NCBI GenBank assembly: GCA_942493095.1
Contig: OW818675.1
Location: 2,490,001 to 2,522,000 of the forward strand
Reading direction: 5' to 3'
Length of the DNA: 32,000 bases
Source: Candidatus Electronema halotolerans
GTDB taxonomy: Bacteria > Desulfobacterota > Desulfobulbia > Desulfobulbales > Desulfobulbaceae
The notes below the pieces were generated by a model. That model was not told the DNA's origin. It did no database searches and saw only the letters and a list, made by a program, of their open reading frames with translations. Position 1 is the first letter of the stretch. Every line of letters begins with the position of its first letter. Below are positions 17,240-26,155 of the stretch, one piece after another. Made by a program: the position numbers and the translations under genes.

Positions 17240-17378
17240 TTATTTTCTCTTAGTTAGCGACAAAAGCAAAGTTGTGACACTCCCGTAACTGCCTTTTCTT
17301 GCAACCAAAAAAAGTTGCACTTGGAACTTGAATTCACCAAAAGCCTGGAATTACAACCCCGGAAATTATCGGAGAGCC
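17240..17378. repeat. Dispersed repeat R2, copy 2 (139 bp)
   Basis: Same sequence and orientation as 12035-12174; ends just before the CCA-nucleotidyltransferase gene stop. Confidence 0.95.
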
Positions 17379-17386
17379 TCTTTTTT

Positions 17387-20089
17387 TCAACCTGTCTGGG
17401 CCGGTCTTCTCTGGATACATAACTGCTGCGCCAAAGCGATTGCCTCCTCTTTGCTGCTGATTTCCCCGTTGAGCTGGGCAGCGAAAATCTGCTTGAGCAA
17501 ATCCGCAAAAAACGGGCCGGGCCGCAGGCCCAAAGCGATCAGATCGCTGCCGTTGAGCAGCGGCTTGAGATTGCGCAGTTCCGCCGCATAGCGGGAGACA
17601 GCCTGCTGGATGTGCTTTTTGCGGGCAATGGTCATCAGGACAAGCAGGGCCTCGTTGTCCAGGTCGGCAAGCAGGTTCCAGATTTCACTGGGCTGGAGCA
17701 GAGGGCAGTGCAGCATTGCTTCGGCAGCCGCTTCTGCCTTATTCTTCCGCTCCAGCAGACTCTGCCGCAGCTTGGCCGGAACCTCGAAACGGTCGCAGAA
17801 GCGGCGCAGCTCGATCTCCCGCGAGCGGCTGAACAGAGCCAGCAGGCGCACGGTCCAGCACTCGCACTGCTTGTCCTCTTCCGGCAGGTAGAGCAGGCGG
17901 AACCAGGCAATGGCCTTTTCCGCTTGGGTGATGAGATGGGCAAAGCGACGGTCAATCTTCAGATTCGGACGCAGGTCAGGCCAAAGGAGCGGGAACAGGC
18001 CGAAGCCTTCCAGCCGCCGCAGCGAGGCTAAGGGATTGTCCTCAGCAAGCAGCAGCTTCAGTTCGTTGAGAAAACGAAGACCGGCGAGCTGAGTGCCCCG
18101 CCGCATCTGCACCGCGCTGCGGATCAGCTTTTCCGTGTCTTTGGTGATGCGGCAGTCCAGCCGCTGCTCAAAGCGGATCGCCCGGAAAATCCGGGTCGGA
18201 TCCTCAACAAAACTGAGATTGTGCAGGACCCGGACGCGCCGTTCCTTGAGATCATTCTGGGAGCTGAAATAATCAACCAGCAGGCCAAAGCGGTCAGGAT
18301 TGAGATGCACGGCCATAGCATTGATGGTGAAGTCGCGCCGGAACAAATCCAGCTTGAGCGAACTTTTTTCGACAATGGGCAGGGCGGCTGGTTCGGAATA
18401 GTATTCCAGCCGAGCCGTGGCCACATCCACACGCTGACCGTTCGGCAGGATGACCGTGGCTGTGGCAAACTTCTCATGCGTCCGCACTGTTGCCTGCTCT
18501 TTGGCGGCAAAGGTTTTGGCAAAGAGAATGCCGTCGCCTTCGACAACAATATCAATGTCCAAATTGCGGGTCTGGAGGAGCAGGTCGCGGGCAAAGCCGC
18601 CGACCGCATAGGCCCGCATTTCCAGTTCCTTGGCAGTCTCGCCAAGGCCGCGCAGGAGAACAATAATCTCCCGGCCCAAGGTTTCCACCATCAGGCGGCT
18701 GATATTGCGGCTCCGCGCTGCTGATGGATGCTCCTCCTGCCGGAGCAAGCTGCGCGGCTGCCGGTCCGGGTCATTAACAAGGAGATTGAGCAGATCCGTG
18801 CGGCTGATCACCCCGGCAAGCACCTCGTCCCCGTTTTTCTCCTGCATGATCGGAATCAGCCGCTGGCGATGGCTGATGATCAGCTCCTGAATCTCAGCTT
18901 GGGTCGCGCTTTCCGGCAAGGTGCCGATTTCCGTGCTCATGTGCTCGGCCACTGGCTGTGCGCCGAGCTGATGGGCAATGGCCTTTTCCACCACCCGCCG
19001 GGAAATAAGGCCTAGCAGACCCTTGGGATATTTTTTATCGCTGTTGTCCTCGACCACCGGCAGCACTGTGATGTTGTAGCGGGTGAGCAGCTCGCTGGCC
19101 TGCTGATGGGTGACATCCGGCCTGACCGTGATCGCGGGCGAGGACATGATCTCACAGGCCAAGGCGCGGGGCCGGATGGAGTGATAGAGCAGCTGGAGCA
19201 ACTCCTCCTCAGCCTCGAAAATAGTCTTGTCAGCAATAACCGCTGAAGCTGCCGAGGCATGACCACCGCCGCTGAAGGCGCGGGCAATGTCTCCGGCATT
19301 GACTTCCGGGATGCGGCTGCGGCAGATCAAGTAAAGCCGCCCGCCCATGCTGACCAAGACAAAAACAGCATCCAAATTCTCCATCACCATCATCCGCCGC
19401 ACCAAGGCGGAAAAATCGTCCTCATAATGCGGCAGGGTCAGGCGGCTGATTGTCACCGGCACAGACTGGATGGCATAAATGGTGGAGTTCTTGAGAAGCT
19501 GACTGAGCAGGGCGACCTGATCAGCGGACAAATCCCGGCTGACAAACTGGTTGACCACCTCCAGCTTGGCCCCCTGCTCCAGCAGCCACGCTGCGGCCTG
19601 AAGGTCAGCAGGCGTGGTGCCGGTGAGAAGAAAGGAGCCGGTGTCCTCGTGCAGGCCAATGCTCATCAGGGTGGCCTCATCTTGGCTCAGGCTGAGGCCG
19701 CGCTCCTGAAAAATGCGGGTGAAGATGGTCACGGTCGCGCCAGTGACTTGCACCTGCTCTAAATCGCCGCGCAGGTCGCCGGGCGCATCCGGGTGATGGT
19801 CGTAAAGATGGATTGTCAGGCCGGGATTGCGCAGGCATTCCTGAAGCCGGTCAAGGCGGTCTGGCTGGCGGGTGTCCACCACGATCAGACGGCTGACAGC
19901 GGCCAAGTCAATGTCTTTGATCTTGCTGAAATGATAGAGGCTGCGCAGGTCAGAGGAAAGAAAGTCGCCCAGCCGCCGCTCAGTGGAACCGGCAAAAACT
20001 AAGGCTGCGCCCGGATAGAGCTTCCGGGCCGCAATCATTGAGGCAAGGCCATCAAAGTCGGCGTTGACGTGGGTGGTGATGAGGTCCAT
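17387..20089 (-). CDS. DHH phosphoesterase - tandem CBS - tRNA CCA/poly(A) nucleotidyltransferase fusion (900 aa)
   Basis: MDLITTHVNADFDGLASM, LIVVDTRQ, HLYDHHPD; two CBS domains (SSPAITVRPDVTHQQA..., MSTEIGTLPESATQAE...); nucleotidyltransferase AYAVGGFARDLLLQTRNLDIDIVVEGDG, RRDFTINAMAVHLNP. Confidence 0.93.
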   Translation of the reverse strand: MDLITTHVNADFDGLASMIAARKLYPGAALVFAGSTERRLGDFLSSDLRSLYHFSKIKDIDLAAVSRLIVVDTRQPDRLDRLQECLRNPGLTIHLYDHHPDAPGDLRGDLEQVQVTGATVTIFTRIFQERGLSLSQDEATLMSIGLHEDTGSFLLTGTTPADLQAAAWLLEQGAKLEVVNQFVSRDLSADQVALLSQLLKNSTIYAIQSVPVTISRLTLPHYEDDFSALVRRMMVMENLDAVFVLVSMGGRLYLICRSRIPEVNAGDIARAFSGGGHASAASAVIADKTIFEAEEELLQLLYHSIRPRALACEIMSSPAITVRPDVTHQQASELLTRYNITVLPVVEDNSDKKYPKGLLGLISRRVVEKAIAHQLGAQPVAEHMSTEIGTLPESATQAEIQELIISHRQRLIPIMQEKNGDEVLAGVISRTDLLNLLVNDPDRQPRSLLRQEEHPSAARSRNISRLMVETLGREIIVLLRGLGETAKELEMRAYAVGGFARDLLLQTRNLDIDIVVEGDGILFAKTFAAKEQATVRTHEKFATATVILPNGQRVDVATARLEYYSEPAALPIVEKSSLKLDLFRRDFTINAMAVHLNPDRFGLLVDYFSSQNDLKERRVRVLHNLSFVEDPTRIFRAIRFEQRLDCRITKDTEKLIRSAVQMRRGTQLAGLRFLNELKLLLAEDNPLASLRRLEGFGLFPLLWPDLRPNLKIDRRFAHLITQAEKAIAWFRLLYLPEEDKQCECWTVRLLALFSRSREIELRRFCDRFEVPAKLRQSLLERKNKAEAAAEAMLHCPLLQPSEIWNLLADLDNEALLVLMTIARKKHIQQAVSRYAAELRNLKPLLNGSDLIALGLRPGPFFADLLKQIFAAQLNGEISSKEEAIALAQQLCIQRRPAQTG

Positions 20090-20142
20090 GCAGCCTACTG
20101 TACCTGATTTTTGGGCAGGCTGGTACAGCGTTTTGCAGCGTG

Positions 20143-20278
20143 GATTCAAGTTGTAAGTGCAACTTTTGCTGGTTTGAAAAAAGAGTGAGTTGTGGTAGTA
20201 TGATGGCTCATTTCTCACCATCAAGCAAGAGGAGCGCGCATGCACAGCTACACACAACTCACCGAATCAGAACGTAAC
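20143..20278 (+). mobile_element. IS30-family remnant (terminus plus first 13 codons of transposase)
   Basis: GATTCAAGTTGTAAGTGCAACTTTTGCTGG terminus; RBS AGAGGAG; ATG at 20240 encoding MHSYTQLTESERN, typical IS30 start, then cut. Confidence 0.75.
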
Positions 20279-20323
20279 TGTCAAGACCCGGATGATTGCA
20301 TTCCGGATTTTTAAACAAATCAG
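20279..20323. mobile_element. IS481 terminal remnant (45 bp)
   Basis: TGTCAAGACCCGGATGATTGCATTCCGGATTTTTAAACAAATCAG identical to 10361-10405; begins with the IR right after the IS30 codons. Confidence 0.95.
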
Positions 20324-21924
20324 GTAACTACTCAGCCTGACAAAAAAGGCCGTTTTCAGAAGTGCTGAAGACGGCCTTACTCGTTTTTTATACTGCGGCA
20401 TCGGGGATAAAAGGACTTCCAAGGAAAGCATCTTTGATCGCTTCAAAAATGTTTCTTGAATTTTTACGGACCGTGGAGATATATCCCCGGATACAGGCGA
20501 ATCGTTCTGCTCCCTCAAGTGTTCGGAAGCAGCCGGAAACCTTCTGCTTGACCTTGATCATCCGCACATCTCTTTCCGCCGCGTTGTTGTCGAACGGAAC
20601 CCGGAAATCATACATGAATGCGAGGGTCTCCGCCCTGTAATCACGCATCCGTGTCAGCAAATTGAGCGGCGGAGTCTTCTTCACCCGTCCTCGTTTTTTC
20701 TCCTTAGGCGGAGTGAACGGATTGTCGGCAAAACCCCGTCGGACGATTTCATCATACCGCCGCTCAAATTCTTCGATCTTCTCCGGCGTGAAGCCGTCCC
20801 GATCCGGCTTCAGCTTTTCAGCCGCGCCTTTTATTTCAAGCAGCAGCTCGGCCATCTCGCCGGCCCAAACTTGTCCGTACTGTTTTTCTATGAACTTGAG
20901 TTCCCGGAGATGATGCGCATTGCACAGCGCATGACCGCAGTTTTCATAGCTGAAGTACGATTTCCAATGATCATGCGTCGCTGTTCCTGTGAACTTTCCA
21001 AGGATTCCCGCTGCGTCCATCGCCTCTTTTCCCCGTTTTTCATGCACCGAATAATGGGTGAGGCAGTTCGTCGAAGCGACATGCAGCCAGTGCAGCTTCC
21101 CTTTCACGCGGACTCCGCTTTCATCGGCATGTAACACATCGGTATTCATGAGCAGTTTTTCGACTGCTTCCGTTGAAGGACGCACGCATCCGCAAAGCTC
21201 TTCCGATGCCTTCAGCAGCGAACCCTCGGAGACGGAATGCCCGGTCAGGTCTTCGATAATCTGCGCAGCCCGTTCAAGCGGAATATGATGCTGGTTCGCG
21301 AAATATGCCGCCCAAGTTTTCACCCCCGTGCCGTAACGGATGCCCTGTCCGACGTTTTCCGGGAATTTGCCTCTGTTTTCCGTGCCGCAGCCGGGACAGA
21401 TTTTTATTTCCGCTCGATGCGAGGTCACTTCAATCCGAATCGCCGGAATATCATAAACCTGCCGTTCCTCCTCTCCGACAGCGACGACATCCGCAAGCGA
21501 CATTTTGCAAGCCGCGCATTCCTCGGATTTATACCTCTCCGTAGAATCCGGCGCCGCAGACCGCTCAAGAGTATGCCCTTGATGACCTGGCTGGCCGCCG
21601 TTCGGCTTCCTGCCGGACTCTCTCAGACTTTCCGTTCGCTTCGCTTTACCGTATCCATCGCTCGAAGGCGGTTTCCCGCTGTTCCGACTGTTTTTCGACA
21701 GCCGGGCCTGCAAATCCTTCAATATCTCGGACTGCTTGGCTGACTGAGCGGCGAGGTTTTCAACCTGCGCAGTTATACTGCTAAACAGGGCGACGACCGC
21801 TTCTTCGCCTTCTGCGTATGCAGCACGGACTTCTTTTTCACTAGGAACACTGAAATTCATAACGGCAGCATAATCTTTACCTGTTGATTTTGTCAAGAGG
21901 CTTGGCGGATGCCTGAGTAGTTAC
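20324..21924 (-). mobile_element. IS66-family element, copy 2 (1601 bp)
   Basis: Same ends GTAACTACTCAG / CTGAGTAGTTAC; near-identical to copy 1 without the 160-bp duplication; flanks CAAATCAG / TCCAATTC do not match. Confidence 0.95.
20388..21860 (-). CDS. IS66-family transposase (TnpC-type), copy 2
   Basis: Differs from copy 1 at two residues (GFT versus GFA PEKIEEF; PDAAV versus PDSAV). ORF extends to 21896 with TTG start. Confidence 0.95.
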   Translation of the reverse strand: MNFSVPSEKEVRAAYAEGEEAVVALFSSITAQVENLAAQSAKQSEILKDLQARLSKNSRNSGKPPSSDGYGKAKRTESLRESGRKPNGGQPGHQGHTLERSAAPDSTERYKSEECAACKMSLADVVAVGEEERQVYDIPAIRIEVTSHRAEIKICPGCGTENRGKFPENVGQGIRYGTGVKTWAAYFANQHHIPLERAAQIIEDLTGHSVSEGSLLKASEELCGCVRPSTEAVEKLLMNTDVLHADESGVRVKGKLHWLHVASTNCLTHYSVHEKRGKEAMDAAGILGKFTGTATHDHWKSYFSYENCGHALCNAHHLRELKFIEKQYGQVWAGEMAELLLEIKGAAEKLKPDRDGFTPEKIEEFERRYDEIVRRGFADNPFTPPKEKKRGRVKKTPPLNLLTRMRDYRAETLAFMYDFRVPFDNNAAERDVRMIKVKQKVSGCFRTLEGAERFACIRGYISTVRKNSRNIFEAIKDAFLGSPFIPDAAV

Positions 21925-22093
21925 TCCAATTCAATGCTTGAATGACTGCTGGTCAGGGTTCAGTGAACACTATCGGCCCTCTGCGGATCAGCTTCGTTGC
22001 AGGCTTCAATGGCAGTTGTGCGCTTCATTGTTCCATCTCGCGTTGCTCGGAATGCAAGCTACTGCTGAAGAAGCAACGTCGTGGAGACGGCAC

Positions 22094-23722
22094 TCAGTCG
22101 TCATCCTCATCCACCATGCCAGCCGCGTCAGCCAAGCCGTCGCCGAGCATGTCAAGGAAGTCGTCGTCCGCGCTGTCCTGCTCCTCCTGTTCAGGAGGGT
22201 TGCTGTAATACTTGTCATTCACCCACCAGCCTTCCTTTTTCTGGCCGTCCGCAAAGATCAGCGCGCCTTTGCCATGCTTCTTGTCATCTTCCCATAAGCC
22301 AGCGTAGCCATCCCCGTCAGGAGCAATCAAGGCACCTTGACCGTGCCGCTGGCCGTTCTGCCATTTTCCTTTATAGATCGAGCCGTCGGGATAGGTGTGA
22401 ACGCCGTAGCCGTTGGGCTGATTGTCCCGCCATGCGCCTGCGTATTTGCTGCCGTCAGGAAAGGTGCAGGTGCCTTGGCCGTGCTTCTTGTCCTCCAGCC
22501 ACTCGCCTTTATAGACCGTGCCGTCAGGAAAGGTGAGCACGCCTTCGCCGTGCATGCAGCCCTGCTGCCAATTGCCCTCATACATGGTGCCGTCAGACAT
22601 GGTCAGGGTGCCATGTCCCTCCATTGATCCGTTCACCCATTGCCCGGCATAGACATTGCCGGAAAGAAAGGTGAAAATGCCCGAACCATGCCGCTTGCTG
22701 TTCTGATAGGAGCCTTCGTACCGCTCCCCGTCTGCGGAAATATATACGCCCCGGCCATGCATCCAGCCGCTGTGCCAGTCGCCGGTGTATTTGCTACCCT
22801 GCTGGGAGGTGTAGGTGCCGGAGCCATGCCGGAAGCCATTGACCCATTCGCCGATGTAGGTGTCGCCATTGCTGCACGTGCAGGAGCCGTAGCCGTGCCG
22901 CTGGTCCCGGCTCCATGCGCCGACATGCTTGCTGCCGTCAGGATACAAATAGGTGCCTTGGCCGTGCCGGAAGCCTTCGCGCCATTCGCCTTCGTACTTG
23001 CCGCCGTCAGGATAGGTGCAGGTGCCTTGGCCGTGCCGTTTATCCTCCTTCCATGAGCCGGTATAGACGCTGCCGTCCGCAGAAGTGCAGGTGCCCCAGC
23101 CGCTGCGCTCATCGTTTACCCATTTGCCGACATATTTGCTGCCGTCCGGCTGACTGTGGACTCCGTGCCCATGCCGCCGGTCCTGCGCAAAGGTGCCAAA
23201 ATACCTGCTGCCGTCCGGGAAAAAGATGGTGCCTTGGCCATGCCGCTGCCCTTCCTGCCACGAGCCGACATATTTGGTCCCGTTGCGCAGGGTCAGAACG
23301 CCTTGGCCGTGCTGTCGGCCCTCCTGCCATTCGCCGTCGTACTTGGAACCGTCAGGATAGGTGAGGACACCATGACCATGCCGCTGGCCGTGCCGCCAGC
23401 CGCCGCTGTAGGTCGAGCCGTCAAGGCCGCCGCTCTGGGTGCCCTTGCCATGCTTCTGATCGTCTTTCCAGCCGCCGACATACTGACCAGCCCATTCAAC
23501 GCAGCCATAGCCATTGCGGCGATCGTCCTTCCATTCCCCGGCAAAGCTGCCGCCGTTGGAGTCAAAGAACGTGCCTTGGCCATGCCGCTGGTCGTGCCGC
23601 CATTCACCCTCATACTGGCTGCCATCCGGGTAAATGCACAGTCCTTGGCCGTGCCGTTTGCCGTCCTCAGACAGCTCGCCGATGTATTTCTCCTTGCTGG
23701 CAAGAATTTTTTCCTTCGTCAT
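22094..23722 (-). CDS. MORN-repeat protein (542 aa, about 21 repeats)
   Basis: Tandem 23-residue units such as KYEGEWREGFRHGQGTYLYPDGS; acidic tail EQEEQDSADDDFLDMLGDGLADAAGMVDEDDD. Confidence 0.95.
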   Translation of the reverse strand: MTKEKILASKEKYIGELSEDGKRHGQGLCIYPDGSQYEGEWRHDQRHGQGTFFDSNGGSFAGEWKDDRRNGYGCVEWAGQYVGGWKDDQKHGKGTQSGGLDGSTYSGGWRHGQRHGHGVLTYPDGSKYDGEWQEGRQHGQGVLTLRNGTKYVGSWQEGQRHGQGTIFFPDGSRYFGTFAQDRRHGHGVHSQPDGSKYVGKWVNDERSGWGTCTSADGSVYTGSWKEDKRHGQGTCTYPDGGKYEGEWREGFRHGQGTYLYPDGSKHVGAWSRDQRHGYGSCTCSNGDTYIGEWVNGFRHGSGTYTSQQGSKYTGDWHSGWMHGRGVYISADGERYEGSYQNSKRHGSGIFTFLSGNVYAGQWVNGSMEGHGTLTMSDGTMYEGNWQQGCMHGEGVLTFPDGTVYKGEWLEDKKHGQGTCTFPDGSKYAGAWRDNQPNGYGVHTYPDGSIYKGKWQNGQRHGQGALIAPDGDGYAGLWEDDKKHGKGALIFADGQKKEGWWVNDKYYSNPPEQEEQDSADDDFLDMLGDGLADAAGMVDEDDD

Positions 23723-23834
23723 ACTGCTGCACCTTGAGCTGGGTGTCGATTTGCGGCGGCCTGCTCAAATACATCCGCCCCTTGTACCAGTATCGCGTCT
23801 TCGGGGCGGAAAAACCAGCGAAAAAAGTTGCCAG

Positions 23835-25907
23835 CTATTCGCTTGCCGCAGGCGTGTGCTCGGCAATGATCTTCTGAGCGATGTGCGAGGGCACCTCCTC
23901 GTAATGGGAGAACTTGATCGTGAAGCTGCCTCTGCCGCCGGTCATTGAAGTCAGATCAGGGCCATAGAGTTGAATCTCGGCCTGCGGCACTTGCGCCCGG
24001 ATAATCTCCCAGCGGCTGTCTGAGTCCATGCCCAGCACCCGGCCCCGCCGCGAGTTGAGATCGCCCATGACATCACCGACATGCTCCTTGTCAACCTTGA
24101 TGTCCAGCTCCATGACCGGCTCCAGCAGGACGGGGCTGGCCTCCATGACCGCCTTTTTAAAAGCCAGCGACCCAGCGATTTTGAAAGCCATTTCCGAGGA
24201 ATCAACATTGTGATAGGAGCCGTCAAGCAGGCTGACCTTGAGGCCGACAAAAGGATACCCGGCAATCACGCCTTTTTCCATCGCCTCCAAAATGCCCTTC
24301 TCCACTGCCGGGCGGTACTGCTGCGGGATCACGCCGCCGACAATTTTATCAGCAAATTCAAAATGCTCGCCATTGGGCAGCGGCTCGATTTCAATGGTGC
24401 AGTCGCCATACTGGCCGCGCCCGCCCGACTGCTTCTTGTGCTTGCCCTGCGCAGTCGCCTTGCTCTTCAACGTCTCGCGGTAGGGAATCTTGGGCAGGGA
24501 CAGCTCCATTTCCACGGAAAACTTGCGCTTGAGTTTTTCTCGGATCACATCCAGATGCACTTGGCCGGCCCCGAACAGCAGCACCTCATGGGTTTGGGTT
24601 TCGCGGACCATGCGCAGGGTCAGGTCCTCGTCCAGTATCCGGGTCAGGGCCGAAAAGAGCTTCTCCTCATCCTTGTCTGTCTTGGCCGTGACAGCGTAGG
24701 AAATCACCGCTGGCGTGGGTTCCAGCCTGTCATAGAGCACCGGATCAGCCTCGTCGCAGAGGGTGTCGCCAGTGCCGGTGTTTTTCAGCTTGGCCACTGC
24801 CGCGATCATGCCCGGCCCGACGCTGTCCACCTCTTTCTGCTCCTTGCCCTCCAGCAGGAAAAGATGGCCGAACCGCTCACTCTCACCTTTGCTGGAATTA
24901 TAAAAGCTGTCGCCCTTGAGCGTGCCGGACAGCACCCGGAACACAGTCAGCCGCCCGGTGAACTGATCCGCCGTGGTTTTGAAGACTTGGGCTGAGAAGG
25001 GCGCATGGGTCACGCCTCTGCGCTCCACCGTCTCCTGCGTTTTGGGATTGACACCGAGCAGGGCTGGCCGCTGGTCCGGCGAGGGCAGGAGGCGGACTAT
25101 GGCATCAAGAATCACCGAGCTGCCCGCATTGTTCAAGGCCGCACAGGGCAGCACCGGGGCAATCTTGCCTGCCCGCACCGCCGTAATCAGGCCCTGTTCA
25201 AAAGCCTCATCGCTCAGATGCCCTTCTTCAAGAAAATGCTCGATCAAATCATCGTCTGTTTCAGCCACATATTCCATCAGACTGGCCCGGCGGGCCGCAG
25301 CCTCATCAGTCAGATCAGCCGGAATCTCCGCAGGCGCAGCAGTGCCGTCCGGCTGGAAGAGCAGGGCCTGGCCGCTGACCAGATCGATCACGCCTCGAAA
25401 ATCCTTTTCCGCGCCAATAGGCAGATAAAGCACCACCGGCTTCAGGCTGCTGAACGAGCTTTTGATCTCGTCAAAAGTTTCCTGAAAATTGGCCCGCTCC
25501 CGATCCATTTTGGTGATGCAGATCAGGCAGGGCAGGCTGCGCTCGGTGATGAGGTCAATAAAGCGTTCGGTCTGGCTGCGCACACCCAGCACCCCGCCGA
25601 CCGTGAGCAGGGCGCTGTCAGCCAGCTGGGCTGCGAATTTCGTTTCTGTGACAAAGTTGTCATCGCCGGGCGTGTCAGTGAGGAACAGCTCGCAGCCCTG
25701 CCAGTGGAGATGGCCAAAGGCCGCGCTGATCGAGAGTTTCCGGTGGATTTCCTCCTCCTCAAAATCCAGGGCAGCAGTGCCGTCATCGACCCTGCCCAGC
25801 CGCCCGACAGCACCGGCGGTGAAAAGCAGAGCCTCGGCAAGGCTGGTTTTGCCGCTGTGGCCGTGGCCAAGAATAACCGTGTTCCTGATCTGCTGAACGT
25901 CGTGCAT
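23835..25907 (-). CDS. Elongation factor G-like protein (non-canonical EF-G)
   Basis: NTVILGHGHSGKTSLAEALL P-loop, LTDTPGDDNFVTE (G3), ICITKMDRERANF (G4), GGRGQYGDCTIEIEPL domain IV; Met at 25907 preferred over 25982. Confidence 0.9.
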   Translation of the reverse strand: MHDVQQIRNTVILGHGHSGKTSLAEALLFTAGAVGRLGRVDDGTAALDFEEEEIHRKLSISAAFGHLHWQGCELFLTDTPGDDNFVTETKFAAQLADSALLTVGGVLGVRSQTERFIDLITERSLPCLICITKMDRERANFQETFDEIKSSFSSLKPVVLYLPIGAEKDFRGVIDLVSGQALLFQPDGTAAPAEIPADLTDEAAARRASLMEYVAETDDDLIEHFLEEGHLSDEAFEQGLITAVRAGKIAPVLPCAALNNAGSSVILDAIVRLLPSPDQRPALLGVNPKTQETVERRGVTHAPFSAQVFKTTADQFTGRLTVFRVLSGTLKGDSFYNSSKGESERFGHLFLLEGKEQKEVDSVGPGMIAAVAKLKNTGTGDTLCDEADPVLYDRLEPTPAVISYAVTAKTDKDEEKLFSALTRILDEDLTLRMVRETQTHEVLLFGAGQVHLDVIREKLKRKFSVEMELSLPKIPYRETLKSKATAQGKHKKQSGGRGQYGDCTIEIEPLPNGEHFEFADKIVGGVIPQQYRPAVEKGILEAMEKGVIAGYPFVGLKVSLLDGSYHNVDSSEMAFKIAGSLAFKKAVMEASPVLLEPVMELDIKVDKEHVGDVMGDLNSRRGRVLGMDSDSRWEIIRAQVPQAEIQLYGPDLTSMTGGRGSFTIKFSHYEEVPSHIAQKIIAEHTPAASE

Positions 25908-26155
25908 ACGCGCCTCCGGTAGCCGGTGCTTAAAATTTGATCTGGCGGCAGACAGCGGAAAAGATGCTTCCTTTTGCGCCAAGAATGGCGGCTGCCATCT
26001 GCCGGGGATGATGAACTGCTATTCTGCTCCCTAATCCTTTTCAAGTCAAGCAGTAACCAAAAACAACTCCATTCTTCCCGCCATCTGTCACTTTTGCTGA
26101 CAGTTCCCGACCTTCGGAATTCTCTCACGCCGACCGCCTTGAAACGATGTGCGAT

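Noticed and set aside
22081-23112. Multiple ORFs overlapping the MORN gene in other frames
   Set aside because: Produced by the 69-bp MORN periodicity in all frames; no independent support.
22094-23722. CRISPR-like or direct repeat array
   Set aside because: The regular DNA periodicity comes from coding MORN repeats; there are no conserved palindromic repeats with unique spacers.
24081-25922. Two plus-strand ORFs of 304 and 305 aa
   Set aside because: Exactly antisense to the EF-G-like gene, with His/Gln-rich composition expected from reverse reading.
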